64,000 nt of DNA from Chrysomallon squamiferum. Its lineage: Eukaryota; Animalia; Mollusca. Positions 1 to 18,639 of the stretch are shown in pieces; within the stretch, counting starts at the first letter, position 1, and each line of letters starts with the position of its first letter. The stretch lies in contig CM022666.1 in assembly GCA_012295275.1 (NCBI GenBank), positions 9,548,001 to 9,612,000 of the forward strand, given 5' to 3'. A model generated the notes under the pieces. That model ran no database searches. It had not been told where the DNA came from and was given only the letters and a program-made list of their open reading frames with translations. Position numbers and translations under genes: made by a program.

Positions 1-1
1 G

Positions 2-451
2 TTAGTTCAGGACCTGGCACAAGCTGAGCAGGACCCGTCATTTTCAGACTTAAGATCAGCTGACCAAGAAAAATCACTACAACTGTTGACATTACCTGAA
101 CACAAACTTGAAGTCCTGTCACATGACAAGAAGCAGTCAGTTGAGGTGTTAACATCAAGTGAGCAGGAAATGATTCACCAGGATCTCTCACCAGGGGAGC
201 AGGATCAGAATTACCCAGTTTTTATATCAACTGAGAAAAAAAAGACACTGGGCAGCACGTTGTGTGAGCAGGATTACAGAAAACACATTGTCAGATCCTG
301 TAAGTTCAGTCACAGAGACCAGAATGTGATATCCTCTGAGCAGGATCAGGATAACAGTGATCAATCACCTGATGTGGTATCTGAAGAGATTGTAATAGCA
401 AGTTCAGTGGTGGAAGTTGAAACTGTAAATAACAACCACTGTAAATTATGA
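2..451 (+). CDS. 3' terminal exon (partial) of an unidentified gene; low-complexity acidic C-terminus
   Basis: The frame is open from the window edge (LVQDLAQAEQDPSFSD...) to TGA 449-451, with recurring EQD/EQE/DQE motifs and higher GC than the AT-rich sequence that follows. AATAAA at 1278-1283. No recognisable domain. Confidence 0.6.
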   Translation, partial: LVQDLAQAEQDPSFSDLRSADQEKSLQLLTLPEHKLEVLSHDKKQSVEVLTSSEQEMIHQDLSPGEQDQNYPVFISTEKKKTLGSTLCEQDYRKHIVRSCKFSHRDQNVISSEQDQDNSDQSPDVVSEEIVIASSVVEVETVNNNHCKL

Positions 452-1343
452 ACATTGTAAAGCTTTCTGTGAATTAGTTTCCTACAGAATTTTTTGTTAA
501 ACTTTCTTTGTTCTTCAGTTGTACATGGTAGACACAGTGATGTACTAATGTGATCAGTTTGAATAATGCAATCTTTGAAAGGAAGACTCAAAAACAAACC
601 ACGCTCATTGTTCTTTTTTCTTTTCAATAATCATAATAATGATGATGATGATAATTAATAGTATTAAACTGTTTTCTTACATTGTCTAAATATATAAATG
701 TTGTTATTTGTTAATTTTTTTGTTTAGTTTGTTTTTAGTGTTAGTTTTTTTTTTTTTTTTTTTTTTTGAACAAGGCACCATCTTATGAAGAATATAATTA
801 GATTTACAACAATCTCCTGTTTATATCTCATATTAATTTTCTGTGTTCAAGACAGTTATTTATTACAACTTTACACACACATATACACAAATACAAAAAA
901 ATAAAAGTTAGTATAATTGTTGTCAAGACTTTAATTAATTACACCTACATGTATTTAGAAACTGCTGCTGATGTTAAACTGCAAATCTTGATGCTGGTAT
1001 CCATTAATTAATTACTTTATAAACTGTTTTTTGTTTTTTTTATATATATATATTTTTTTTTTATTAATTTAATTTAGTTAGTTATTAATTTAAGTCTAGT
1101 TTGGACAGTTTTAACTTGACCCTAACATATTAATATTTTAATGTTCTTTGTTTAAACTAAAAGTGACCAGAGTTTATCAAAGCATTTTTAAAGGGTGTGT
1201 ATATTGATGATGTGTAGGTGAATGTTGTTATGAGCAAGTTCAAAACTGAGTGATGTGAAAGAAATTCATTTCTATTAAATAAATGATGTCTCTGTGTAGT
1301 GCACTTTTTAAAATCTATTATTGTTTTGTATATCTATATTTTA

Positions 1344-1386
<43 letters not shown>

Positions 1387-1896
1387 TGTATGTATTTATT
1401 TATTGTTATATTAAAATTTTTACTAAAGAAGGCATAGCACCCACGCAAATGTACGTTTCTTGGTTCCGGAAACTAACGAACATTTAGAGTAGACAAACGA
1501 AATATCATAAAGTAGTCTTGCTTTCATTTTTACATTTGCGACAATTTGCTTTGCTCCAAATATTATTTATAATTTATCAGCGATACTATTTATACTTATG
1601 AGATAGCATTTTTACTTTAGTTCGTAATAATATTGTGATATATGAATAATATGATAAACAGGTTTGGCTTGTGAAATAGACAGGTAACTAAAGTTTCCTC
1701 GTATTAATATTATTGTTTGATGCGTAACGTTGAAGAAAACCGATGAGAAAACTTGGGATGCACGTGTATTTTACGACAATGGACACGTAAACTATAAACA
1801 AAACGTATTGGCTAGACGAGTAATTGCAAATAAAGGTGACAGCTAAATGTCAGATTCTTACCCAACATATTTATTTATGTTGATAAAAATTGAAGA

Positions 1897-7108
<5,212 letters not shown>

Positions 7109-7324
7109 CATACCTTGTCTATAATAGTTACATCAGACAACAAGATTTCAGTCCTTGGAGTGGTCTTTATTATAATAGTTCAGTTTGTAATTATTTGTAT
7201 ACAAGATTTCACCTCCTTGGTCTGGTCTTTATTTATAAACTGTAAATACTGACATTTCAGTAAGACTGAAGTATCAGTGCTGGTTGTAATTTGATATTAA
7301 CATTTTTAGTTAGGATTTTTTCAA

Positions 7325-7361
<37 letters not shown>

Positions 7362-9675
7362 TGTAATTAAGCTATTTGTACATACAGAAACTGAAGCTGC
7401 AGATATGTTTACTTTTTTAACAGTCTACATCAGTACTTTGGACCAACATTAATTTGTGGTCATTAAATTCCATATCATGTTTCAATAAAAATTAACAAAA
7501 TGAAGGAAGATAGTCTCAGACATGACCACTATTTGTTGAGTTTGCATAATTAATTTTTGATATATTTTTATTGAGATAAACAGTGTTTGTATACAAAGTT
7601 TTATATGAAGTAGATTATGTCATGCTCAATTACACTAGATGTGGGGAAAGAAGCAAAGCTTTTAACATAAATAGTTGAAATTAAGAGAATGTTATTTTTA
7701 TAATATTGTTATACATAAATCTCGGTATGTTATCATCATGACTGTGTGTAGAATTTGTATTTATTTTTGATCTATAATACTGTACAAAACAATGGAAACA
7801 TAGTATGTCTCTGTGAATGACAGTAAGAAACAAACACAAAACTTTATCATAACTAATGTTAACATATCTATCTCAGTAAACCTAAAATAAATTTAAAAAA
7901 TAAAAATTTATTATTCAAATTTTGATACATATTTATATATAAATTCTTACAGCATGATTCATATTCAATATTTTATTTTTTCAGGTCTGGAAAAGCTTTG
8001 AAATTTGACCTGTATTTTTAAACATTTTTGAATTTTACATTTCAAGTAATAAAAAGTGTAATTTCTATTTTATATTTTGTTATAGTTTTATTTCTAGATA
8101 AAAAGAATATTTATTACAATCCATCTTAAGTAAAAGCAAAGACATTATATTTCCATCACATTTTTTTTAAGAAAGAAAGATTTTATCCCAGTTGATGGTA
8201 CCTCAGTTAGCAGTTTGTTAATTTGGTCTAAAAATACACATTTTATTTTATGTTTTTAAAAGGCCTGCAATAATGTAGAATTTTGTGATCAACAAAAACT
8301 ATCTGAAGAAAAATGCAAAATCTAGATGACTTTGTCAAAAAGAGAAACAAATGAACTTATTAACACTGGATATTAATATCATTATCAGTGACAGTTCATT
8401 TCATCGTTTGAATATTCTAATCCTTCTTGCTTCCTCATTCTATGCCTAACATCAAAACTTGAAATGTTTTGTTAACAGAATGTTGATAAAGGAATAAAAA
8501 TGTTTCCCAGTGAATCAGATTTTTTTTTTTTATCATGTATCCATGCCAAATTTTTGTTGTTATTGTTACTGTATTATTATTACGAGATTTTTGTTGTTGC
8601 TATTATTATTATTATTATAACTTTTAACCAACTGGGATCCATTTTTTGTTTTTTCCTTCTTCATTTTTTTGTAATATAGATTAAATAATATTTAAAATTA
8701 AATGTGAGACAATGCTGGTCATTTTGGGGGGTTTCAGTATCACTTGCAATTTATTTTACTGTTTTAACAACTTATGAGTTAACTAAAGACAAAATAATTA
8801 GAGAATATTTTGCACAAATATTTGATAGATCTGAGTGTGAGAATTTGTTAAATATGTAGCATGTTAGTTGAATTATAGAAAAAAATATATATAATCCATG
8901 GATTTGTTTAAAGTACATTAATTTTCTTATGTGAAGAATTTGAATAAAATAATTGTGCCATTTTGCTGCTTATTTGGGTTTTAAATATTCTGATATATAT
9001 TACAACAGTCTTTAATATTTGTATCAAAACTGCTAATATACTTGTTGATTCTTTTAGTACATACAATAATGTGTTATTTAAATTTCTTTCCAAGAAATGT
9101 GTTGTTTTTCTGTGTTTTTTGTGTAGATTTCATTTTAACAAAAAAAATGAGATAATTATTATTTTTAAATTTCTTTATTATTATTAGAATTGTTTTGTTG
9201 GTTTTAGGATGTTTTTATGTTGGTTTTTCAATTTTTCTTAACATTAATTTGGAAAACTAGTATTTCAGAATAAGCATTTTTTTTTTAATTCACAAATATA
9301 ATCTTACTGTTGATACTATCCAAATTTAGAGATCTGCAATGTTTCTAATACTGAATTTAGTTTTAGTTGTTCTGAAACTGTATTAAAACAAATTGTCAGT
9401 TTGTCAAAATATTCTGAGCAATGGGTGTTATATTCAAATAAAAAACTTGTTCACAGGAATTATTTAAAACTAAAAAATACACGGTCCTGAAAAAAAAAAA
9501 GATTTAATAAAACTGAAGGATACAACATGAATGATTTTAGAAGTCTAACATTATCCTCTGTCTCAATCGTAGTGATGTTTCCTATCATTGTCATCATCAC
9601 TACCACCTCTTCAGCCATGTCTTTACTTTTCAACATCATCACCTCATCTGCTGTTGTCATGTTTTGAGTAACTAT

Positions 9676-12600
9676 TCATCTTTTGTTTTTTATTTTCTTC
9701 TTCATGTCTCTCTCTTGGTCTGTCTTTCTCACCTTCACTTCGACTTTCTTTCTGTCATAGTTTTCAAAATCTTTTCTCTTCCTGTGTTCAGTTTTCACAT
9801 CTTGTCTATGAATTTCACCATCAAAAGCCTTTTCATAACCCAAATCATACTTTTCATTTTTTATTTTAACACAATCTGTCAACAAACAAGTCTGGTTGTG
9901 GTTATATGATGATCCTGATTCTTCATCACTACTTCCCGAATCTCTTGATTTTTTCTTCTTTTTCTTCTCCTTCTTCTTCTTCTTACTTTTGTCTTTTTCT
10001 ACAAATAAAATATTTGTTCTACATGATGGTAAATATAATCCAAATTAAAGTAAATTAATGATCATAGCATAATCAAAAGAAACAGTACATGATGATTTTA
10101 ACAAAAAGCATTTAAAATTTTCAGATGACTATTTTGTTTCTTTTTAATGAATTCCCTGTAAAACAAATCCATTTTCTATATTTACAGATATTATGTTATT
10201 TGTAACTGATAGCAATCTGTGTTAAAATAAAACTGAAACTTTAGCGTAAAAAATTTGGAGAGATTCTAATTAGTTGCTATTTGTCTTTCTTACTTAAGTA
10301 TTAATCAAGTCACATCATGCATAAACCTGAGAAAGGCACCAGACTGCAAGAAAACATTTTTGATGATAATACATACACAAATGTGATTAAGAAATATTCT
10401 AATTAGCAAAAATTGATAAACAATCTCTTTGAGATAAATCAGTTTGTGTCACTTCATGTATTAAGATGCATTTTAGCGATTTTGAATTATGCAAATAATT
10501 GTATTCCCTGTATGACATTCCTTTTATCACACAGCCTCAATAGTTTCTGTGATTACAAAGATATTGTTAATTCAAGATCTGTAATCGTGGAAAATGCAGA
10601 GGAAACCTGCCTAAATGTTTTAATCTGGGTTCAATAAAATATTTCAAAGCCATCTTTAATATTATAAAGTTAAGACGTTTTGAGACAAGTATTTAAAAAG
10701 TCTTTTCAGTCAAAATATTCTCAGTGCATTATATTTTTCAGTAGTTGATAGTGTGATTTAATCCCTGCTTCAGTGTGAAAGTCACATATGTACTAACTTT
10801 TACATGTTTTAAATTAATGTTTACATGAGTATCAAAAACACAGACACATACAAACACAGATACACATGTACATGATACATATGTGTATGCTTAGACACAC
10901 ACACACACACACACAGAGATGTAGATATATATATATATACACATACACAAACACACATAATTTTTATACGATTTTAAAAATACAACACCTTTTTTCACTT
11001 TGACTGTCTCTTCTGATTTAGCTTTGGTCTGAACTGCTGGTGCATATCCATCTTTACGAATCTGCTTTGTTATCTCATCATCATTCTCATGGTCCTTTGG
11101 CTTTTTGTAAGCTTCGACATGATCTACTCGAATAGTTCGACCCAGCAGCTATAAAACACAGATAATAAATTTAAATAATTATATGTTACCCTAATACCAA
11201 GTTTTCCTGTATATTACTTGGATACATACATTTATAAAGACACGCACATGCACACATGCACATACACACTCACATATATGCTTATTCATTCTTATACTTT
11301 CTCAATATATGCTCTCTCACACTCAGTTTCAGATGTGGCTATTTTCAGGATCAATCATCATTATCTCGATCACCACTGGCTGTTTTTCATTCTGCCCAGA
11401 GACCATCATTAATATATTAGCTTTCCTGGCATAAGAAGGATCCATATTAAATACGATTATAAAAATTAGCCCACAGAATTTACACAACCAGATATTGTTT
11501 TCCTAATTTATATAGCAAAATAATTTATACAGTATTGAAGTATTAATTGTTTTTATTAAATAAGATACTTATTCCTAACATCATAGAATTAGCCATCATT
11601 AAATGAGTTGTTATTAATATTTTTGCTATAAATACCATTTCATTATGAAAACTGTTTTCACAAACCTTTATGCTGTTTAAGTTGTCCACTGATAAAACTG
11701 TGCTTCTTTGATCCTCGTAACACAAGAATGCATAGCCCTTTGACTTTCCTGTCTGTTTGTCTCGAATCAAATTGATGTTCACAATTTCACCAAATCTGAA
11801 ATGACACATGCTAAAGAACATGAGTTTAAAGAAAAGTAATGACCCACTAGAAAAAACAACACATATATAGTACATTTAGAAATATCTGGGTGTGAACATT
11901 TTCAGGTATCACCATGTTTCTTCTACTGTTGTCAGAAAAATAAAGCTACCAATTAACCAAGCAATGAGTTAAAGATAAAAATATAACTTACTGTGAGAAG
12001 ACAGCTAGAATATCCCCTTCAGTAAGATCATATGGCAAACCACCAATGAAAATCCAGGCACTGTCTTTATACTGGTCATGCCATGATTTCTTACCAACTG
12101 TGCCCAATTTTAGTTCTGTTTCATTTAACTTCTGTATGTTTCTAACATTTCTGTTTAGTAAATAAAATTTCAAAAATATTATGATTATGAAAAGGTTCCA
12201 TGCAATAACTATAGGAATCATAATAATATATAAACTGCTAAATCTTAAGTCAATGAAAGATTACCATTTTGCACTAAATCAAGCTAATGTAACTACTAGA
12301 TAACGAGAATTGAATATATATATAATAAAGAAAATATATATATTTTGTTTTTTTTTTAGTATTACTATTAATTAATGATTACTTGTGCTCCAAATTCAAT
12401 AAAATAACTATACAGTTCATCGATCTAAATGCTGATCTAAACGGATATTATTATTATTATTATTTATTTATTTTTTATTTTTTAAATTATTTTATAATGA
12501 GGTAATGTTGAAATGGAGTTATAATTCTTTAATTCAAAGAAATAAACATTAACAAAATTTTCCACATATAACAAAATAATCTGTTGGCTAAATAAACAGT

Positions 12601-12686
12601 GAAATAAAATTCTAAATCATAAATGATAAAAATACAACAAGTGAAAACTGAAATATATAAATCAAAACTTACGTTAGCGGATTCAT
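9676..12686 (-). CDS. RBMX2: RNA-binding motif protein X-linked 2 (RES complex, Snu17/Ist3 homologue), ~261 aa, 5 exons
   Basis: Exons 12686-12673 (MNPLT), 12150-11992 (NVRNIQKLNETEL...SWHDQYKDSAWIFIGGLPYDLTEGDILAVFSQ), 11795-11666 (FGEIVNINLIRDKQTGKSKGYAFLCYEDQRSTVLSVDNLNSIK), 11148-10989 (LLGRTIRVDHV), 9998-9676 (Lys-rich tail). GT-AG introns with consistent phases. Confidence 0.95.
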
Positions 12687-13046
12687 GACAATGACATCTT
12701 TTTCGGACAATCAACAATGAACCTAAAACTCTCAGCTGTTACGCGTCATTGACACACTTTCGTTAATGAAAATATTAACATATAAATAATTTTTAAAAAG
12801 AACGGTAAGAAATAAACGAATTGTATTAGTAATATTTTTCTATAAGATCTACATATATAATATTTTATTCAAACTGAACATTTTCGTTTTTGTTGTTGTT
12901 GTTGTTGCTGTTTTTTGTTTCATGCTGGTAGCGAGTTAATAGTTAACATAAGAACAGTCTACGTATTCCGTTGTACTATTACGCCTTTTTTCAAAAAAAC
13001 AACAACAGATACACGTTTGCATCACGAAAGCGGTGTCAGAAGAACA

Positions 13047-13376
13047 GGTGTCTTCCCATCTGGTAGAATTCCCAGTTCGTATGACTCCCATTTCGTAAAA
13101 AAAACTCATCTACCGCAATACTTGATAACCTCTGTATATAATGAACTTGGCCTGTACATACATCTGGTTTCTTTCTAGCATTCAGAGGCGGAGCGCATTG
13201 TTCCTAAATCAATTATGTAACATCAACCGAAAGCAGAATAAGCGTTCACTTTTGTTGTAGATTTTTCATTTTTCATTATTATCATCATGATCTTTCTCCT
13301 CCTCATTATCATCATCATAATCATTATATCAACATTATTATTATTATAATATTATTACTATTATTACTATTGTTGA

Positions 13377-13430
<54 letters not shown>

Positions 13431-14870
13431 CATTATTATTCGTATTCTTATTCTTATTCGTATTATTATTATCATTATTATTATTATTATTACTATTATT
13501 ATTATTATTATTATTATTTAAGATGATCATTCTAATTCATAAACATTTCCTTTCCATTACAAAACAACCGACCAATAATAAACAATTTTACATCAATTTC
13601 ATCTATCTATTAAAAAAGAAAAAAAGAAAAGAAAAAAGCGGCACGATGTTTTTTTTTTTTTTTTTTTGTTAATTCTCATGGCTTGCTTCTGTAAAAGAAA
13701 AAGACAAAAATATTATAAATATCTAATTTTATTCAGCAATATAATTTAAAAAAAAAACATATTTTACATTCGAGTAATCCATTTATATTCAGTAAATTAT
13801 GTGAACGTTACATTTATCATTAACTGTTCGAATTAAACCATATTCAGCTTAAACATGCTCAAGTCATATGTTACTCAGCATATTTACGTTATGCACACAT
13901 ACATATTCACATTGTGCACATATTATACAATATATGTGACATAGTATATTAATAGTATGTACACTAAAGATATTATGACCTGCAAATACTTTGGCTACGA
14001 CTGAAAAAGTTTATACGAAGGACCAAATCATTGGGAATACTTTTAGATGAATACCTTCTTTTTTAATTATTTACATTCACTACATTCGATACATAGATTA
14101 TTTCGATATTTGTCATATTTGCGATATCCATACTACAATAATACCTCAGATTAAAGATGTAGTTGGTTCCAAATTTCCGATAGTTAAGTGAGGTATCGTT
14201 AAGCGGGAGACAAATTTACTAGAATTAAGGTTAAAAACAGTGGTTACTTTCTCGCTGATGAAATTTGACATAAAATAAAAAGGTGAAATAAGGAGAAATA
14301 AAACGGCTGTTTAGACATAAATGATATTATAGATATTATGTAAACTGTAAATCATTTACAAATCAATTTATACAAATACATTAAGAAATAATTATATGCC
14401 GCTCATTATGGGTTAATTTTTGTTAGTTTTGGTTTCATTTACGATCATGTATTTTGTTTCTAAAGTTATTGTATTCCGTTTCTTTTTATCATCAGCATTT
14501 GCCGGTATACTGTTATTCGTTTTGACATATTGGAAGGGTAAATTACAAACGAGTTTAAGTCTAAATCGAAGCAGAAGAGAAAAGAGAATCAGAATATTAG
14601 ACTGAGAGAAGCGCGTGAATGAACGAAAAACGAACGAAAACGGACTTAAAAACATGCATTGTATCCATTTCTATCATTTATTTCGAGCAATTAACTATTA
14701 AATTTCTATTTATATAATTTGCAAAGTAAAAAGATCGTTAAAGCGGGATATCATTAAGCGAGATATTAATAATAATCGCTTTCCAAATAATCTGGAACAG
14801 TTCATTATAATGACTGAGGTAAAACCAAGCATGTAAATAAGACCACTGAACCACATTTAGCCTTCCGACG
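13047..14870 (+). repeat. Copy 1 of a ~1.7-1.8 kb direct segmental duplication (copy 2 at 25175-26833)
   Basis: Colinear near-identity from ggtgtcttcccatctggta to ccacatttagcctt(c/t)cgacg. The differences are mainly microsatellite length and small indels. Confidence 0.95.
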
Positions 14871-15171
14871 TACCGGACCAATTATCCAGACTCCTTGGGT
14901 CCTGAGGCATTCCGGATCTCTGAATTTTCCGGTTTTCTGGTACCAAGGCATCTAAATACGTAAATAATTTGGCATAAACATTTTAAAATTAAAAACATAA
15001 AGAAAATTAACGTTACACAACTGTGGCGACTCGACACATAAGCAATGCGGCGAGTGAATGAACGCCACGCAGCTTGAAAGAGTAGTACCGGTCTCGCGCG
15101 AACTATGAAAATATTTCCGGTTTTCTGGTCTTTCCTGATTTCAGGACGCCGGATAACTGGTCCGGTACCTG
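14870..15171. mobile_element. Tc1/mariner-type MITE (~300 bp)
   Basis: TIRs are gtaccggaccaattatcc (14870) and ggataactggtccggtacctg (ends 15171), followed by TA. The left TIR lacks its terminal cag. Confidence 0.75.
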
Positions 15172-15196
15172 TATTGTAATATTATTTCACATATTT

Positions 15197-15232
<36 letters not shown>

Positions 15233-15388
15233 GCTGTGTGCACGCGCATGCCTACTATACAAGTTACAGTCGTCTGTCATCTATCAACTTTGTCAACAAT
15301 TCACCAAATGTTTTACTTACTTACATAAACGAACATTAATTACTAAAATCAAACACAAGCTATATCTGTGACACTCTTTCTTTTAAAA

Positions 15389-15553
15389 CAGGGGTTGGCC
15401 ATCCCTGGCCCGCGAGGGATTTGAGTCCGGCCCGCCAAGTGGACACTTGCACACCAATTATTACATTAACTTCGTTGTTTTTTCTTTAAACCTCCAGACC
15501 AAAGCAACCATGCTTCCTAGTATCCCTTTTTTAGTGCTCAATATTGAGAGATC

Positions 15554-15616
<63 letters not shown>

Positions 15617-15695
15617 TACATTTGATATCTTGGCCTTCTTCCAAAACTCTGCACAGCTGTCTGACCCACTCTCTCCAAAATGTTGACGGCCCCTG
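15389..15695. mobile_element. hAT (Charlie-like) MITE with internal (TG)n
   Basis: Ends are caggggttggcc...ggcccgcgagggattt...cggcccgcc and gttgacggcccctg. The 8-bp flanks ttttaaaa / tttttaaa (1 mismatch) fit a hAT TSD. Confidence 0.75.
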
Positions 15696-15849
15696 TTTTT
15701 AAAAAAAAATTAACGTTACCCAGATTATAATTAATGATAACAAAAATGTATTTTATGTAACAACGTAATCTTTCATACATTAATGTTGTTATCGTCTTAC
15801 CCACAATACATATGTATGTTCCTATCATCTTGTTTTCGATTTAGTCCTG

Positions 15850-15960
<111 letters not shown>

Positions 15961-16766
15961 AATTAAGAAAAAAAAAGAAAGAAAAGGTGAAGAAGAAAAC
16001 GACAACAACAACAACAATAATTTGGTAGCTAAACAATAATATAAAGTATTATGTATGTATTTGTTGAAAAAGTAAATCGGTTTTTAATAATAATAATAAT
16101 AATATTATGTACATTATGCTTATCATTTTAAGTGTTTTTTTATTCTTTATTTTTTCTTATTATTATTTACTTTTTCCTTTTTGTTTCATTAACATTTTTT
16201 TTTTTTTTTTTTTTTAACTACGTAGATTCTACGTAATTTGTATATCTTTTCGCAGACGTGCACGTTCTATTTCGTTAATATATAAAACGTCATCAACAAT
16301 GTACTTTTATGACCGAAGCGAAACAAGAAAATGCATATAGATATTACAAAACTGATCCAGTCCTATTGTAATGGATGGCTGCTTACCACTTACGGGATTT
16401 TCCTATACTTTGAAACAGGATTGGGTTATTTATTTTATTTACAAATGTTTTTTTACTGAATCATGTACTTTATATATAGAAGAAAATCTTGGGTTGTCAC
16501 ATGTTGTTTTGGCTGAGTAGAAAGCAAAGAGCGTATGTTTTTAAACAAAATCATCTGAAATGAAATACTAAAGAATCAGAAAATTGACAGACATCCCAAA
16601 AAAGAAATAAGAAATTAGAAAAGGAATTTGTTTATAGAAAATGAATTCGTTGGAATAGATACAAAAAGGTTTATTCTGTGACAGAATGACAGAAGTTAAC
16701 AACTGTTATGATTCAGTATTTTTTATTACTAAAAAGTGAAAGTGAATTTCAGTATTACCAAAAAAC

Positions 16767-18100
16767 ATGAAAAACACTTATCACATATATGGACTGATTA
16801 TTTCGCTGTTACTAGATTTCTTTCCAACTGTCAACTTGAAATTGTATATTCCTGGTCTTCCATCAAAAAGATATATACATCTAAGGGACATAAATCTTGG
16901 TATTGTTTTACCTCTCCATCAATACAGTGCTGATAAAACATGCAGCGACTCGCTTAACAGTCCTATTATGCTACAGTACTCTGAGGCCATGATCTATGCC
17001 ATAGAACGTGTTAACAACGACAAGAGCATCCTTCCCAACGTTTCTCTGGGTTTTGTCATTCTTGACGGCTGTATGAAGGAATCCACAACTGCTGTACAGG
17101 TTATCTCTTTTATACCCGACACTGGAGACTACGTTTGTAAAAGGAAATGTCCCACCGAGGGCGTCATTGAATCATACGATGTGGTCGGCGTCATCGGACC
17201 AATAACAAGCTCTTCGTCGATAGCAGCAGCTACAATACTTGGTCCTGCTCAAATTCCTCAGGTTTGTTTGAAATATCAAAAACACGAATTTGTATCTATC
17301 TATCTATATATATATATATATATACATACACACACAGATAACAATCCCTCATATATACAGGGTTCCCCAAAAGTAACCGAACCGCAAACATAAATAAAAT
17401 TAGATATTAAAAATAACAAATTTAACTCCATCTTTTTTGTCATATTATGTTATCTTTTGTACTATTCATTTGCTTCTGTCAGTAGTAGTCTTTGGAATGA
17501 TTTTTTTTACCTGATTGTAGTGTTCTTCGTGATCGAGACTTCTGTTTTAGCGCGCGCTACTGGACTCTCCATGGTTTGACTTGAAATGGTACCCTCACTT
17601 TTAAAAATGCAGCGAAGAACTTTAGATTTAAACGAACGTATCTTCGTTATTAAGAATTACTATTCAATGACTAGCTACAAGCATGTTGAAGAAACATGGG
17701 AAGTAAACTTTCGAACACCTGTACCGAGTAAATCGACAATGTTCAATCTTGTATCCAAATTTGAAGTAACTGGAAGTAACTGCCAAAAGTATGTCGAAGT
17801 GTTGTCAAAAGCTGTCGTGATTGTATTAAAGTTCAAGGTAGACATTTTTAACATTTGTAAATACTAAATATACAAAATAAATTTGTTGTTTTTAATATCT
17901 AATTTTGTTTAAGTTTGCGGTTCGGTTACTTTTGGGACACCCTGTATATATATTGTTTTCAGTTCCATCAGATCATTTCACTAAGCCTCATCTTACATCA
18001 TACATATATTTATATGCGTCGTATTTATATGTGTTTGTATTTTGTATGTATGTGCTTTTGAATGATGTAAAATGATGTAAAATGATCTGATGGAACTGAA

Positions 18101-18167
<67 letters not shown>

Positions 18168-18567
18168 GGATTGTTATCTGTGTGACTGCGGTGAAAGACA
18201 GTTCAAGAGGGAGAGAAAAAATCTGGCAAGCGAGAAAGATGTTTGGGCCAGTTTTCTGGAATATAACTACGATATTATTATCTATTATATTGCACATACC
18301 TGTCTATCATGTTATATAAGAAGGCAGAGAAATTAAAGATGTAATCGAAATCAAACTTGTGTAGTTTCTGTGTGAGGGTGCTTTATGCACCCGGCCACAC
18401 ACACACCTATATATATATATATATGATTTTATTTATATGCGTCGTATTTATATGTGTTTGTATTTTGTCTGTATGTGCTTTTGAATGATTATATGATGTA
18501 AGATGAGGCTCTGTGAAATGATCTGATGGAACAGAAAACAAATGTTTTTATATAATCATATTTTGTA

Positions 18568-18639
<72 letters not shown>

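Noticed and set aside
7109-9675. Overlapping convergent 3' UTRs of GPR180 and RBMX2
   Set aside because: There are many AATAAA hexamers on both strands in AT-rich DNA. The ends cannot be assigned without transcript data.
13324-13672. Poly-Leu, poly-Asn and poly-Tyr ORFs here and at 2909-3215, 15797-16036, 36655-37168
   Set aside because: These come from (TAT)n/(AAT)n microsatellites.
14180-14765. pogo/Tigger-like MITE ends (tatcgttaagcg) inside the duplicated segment
   Set aside because: Both motifs are in the same orientation, with no partner TIR or TSD, so no element can be delimited.
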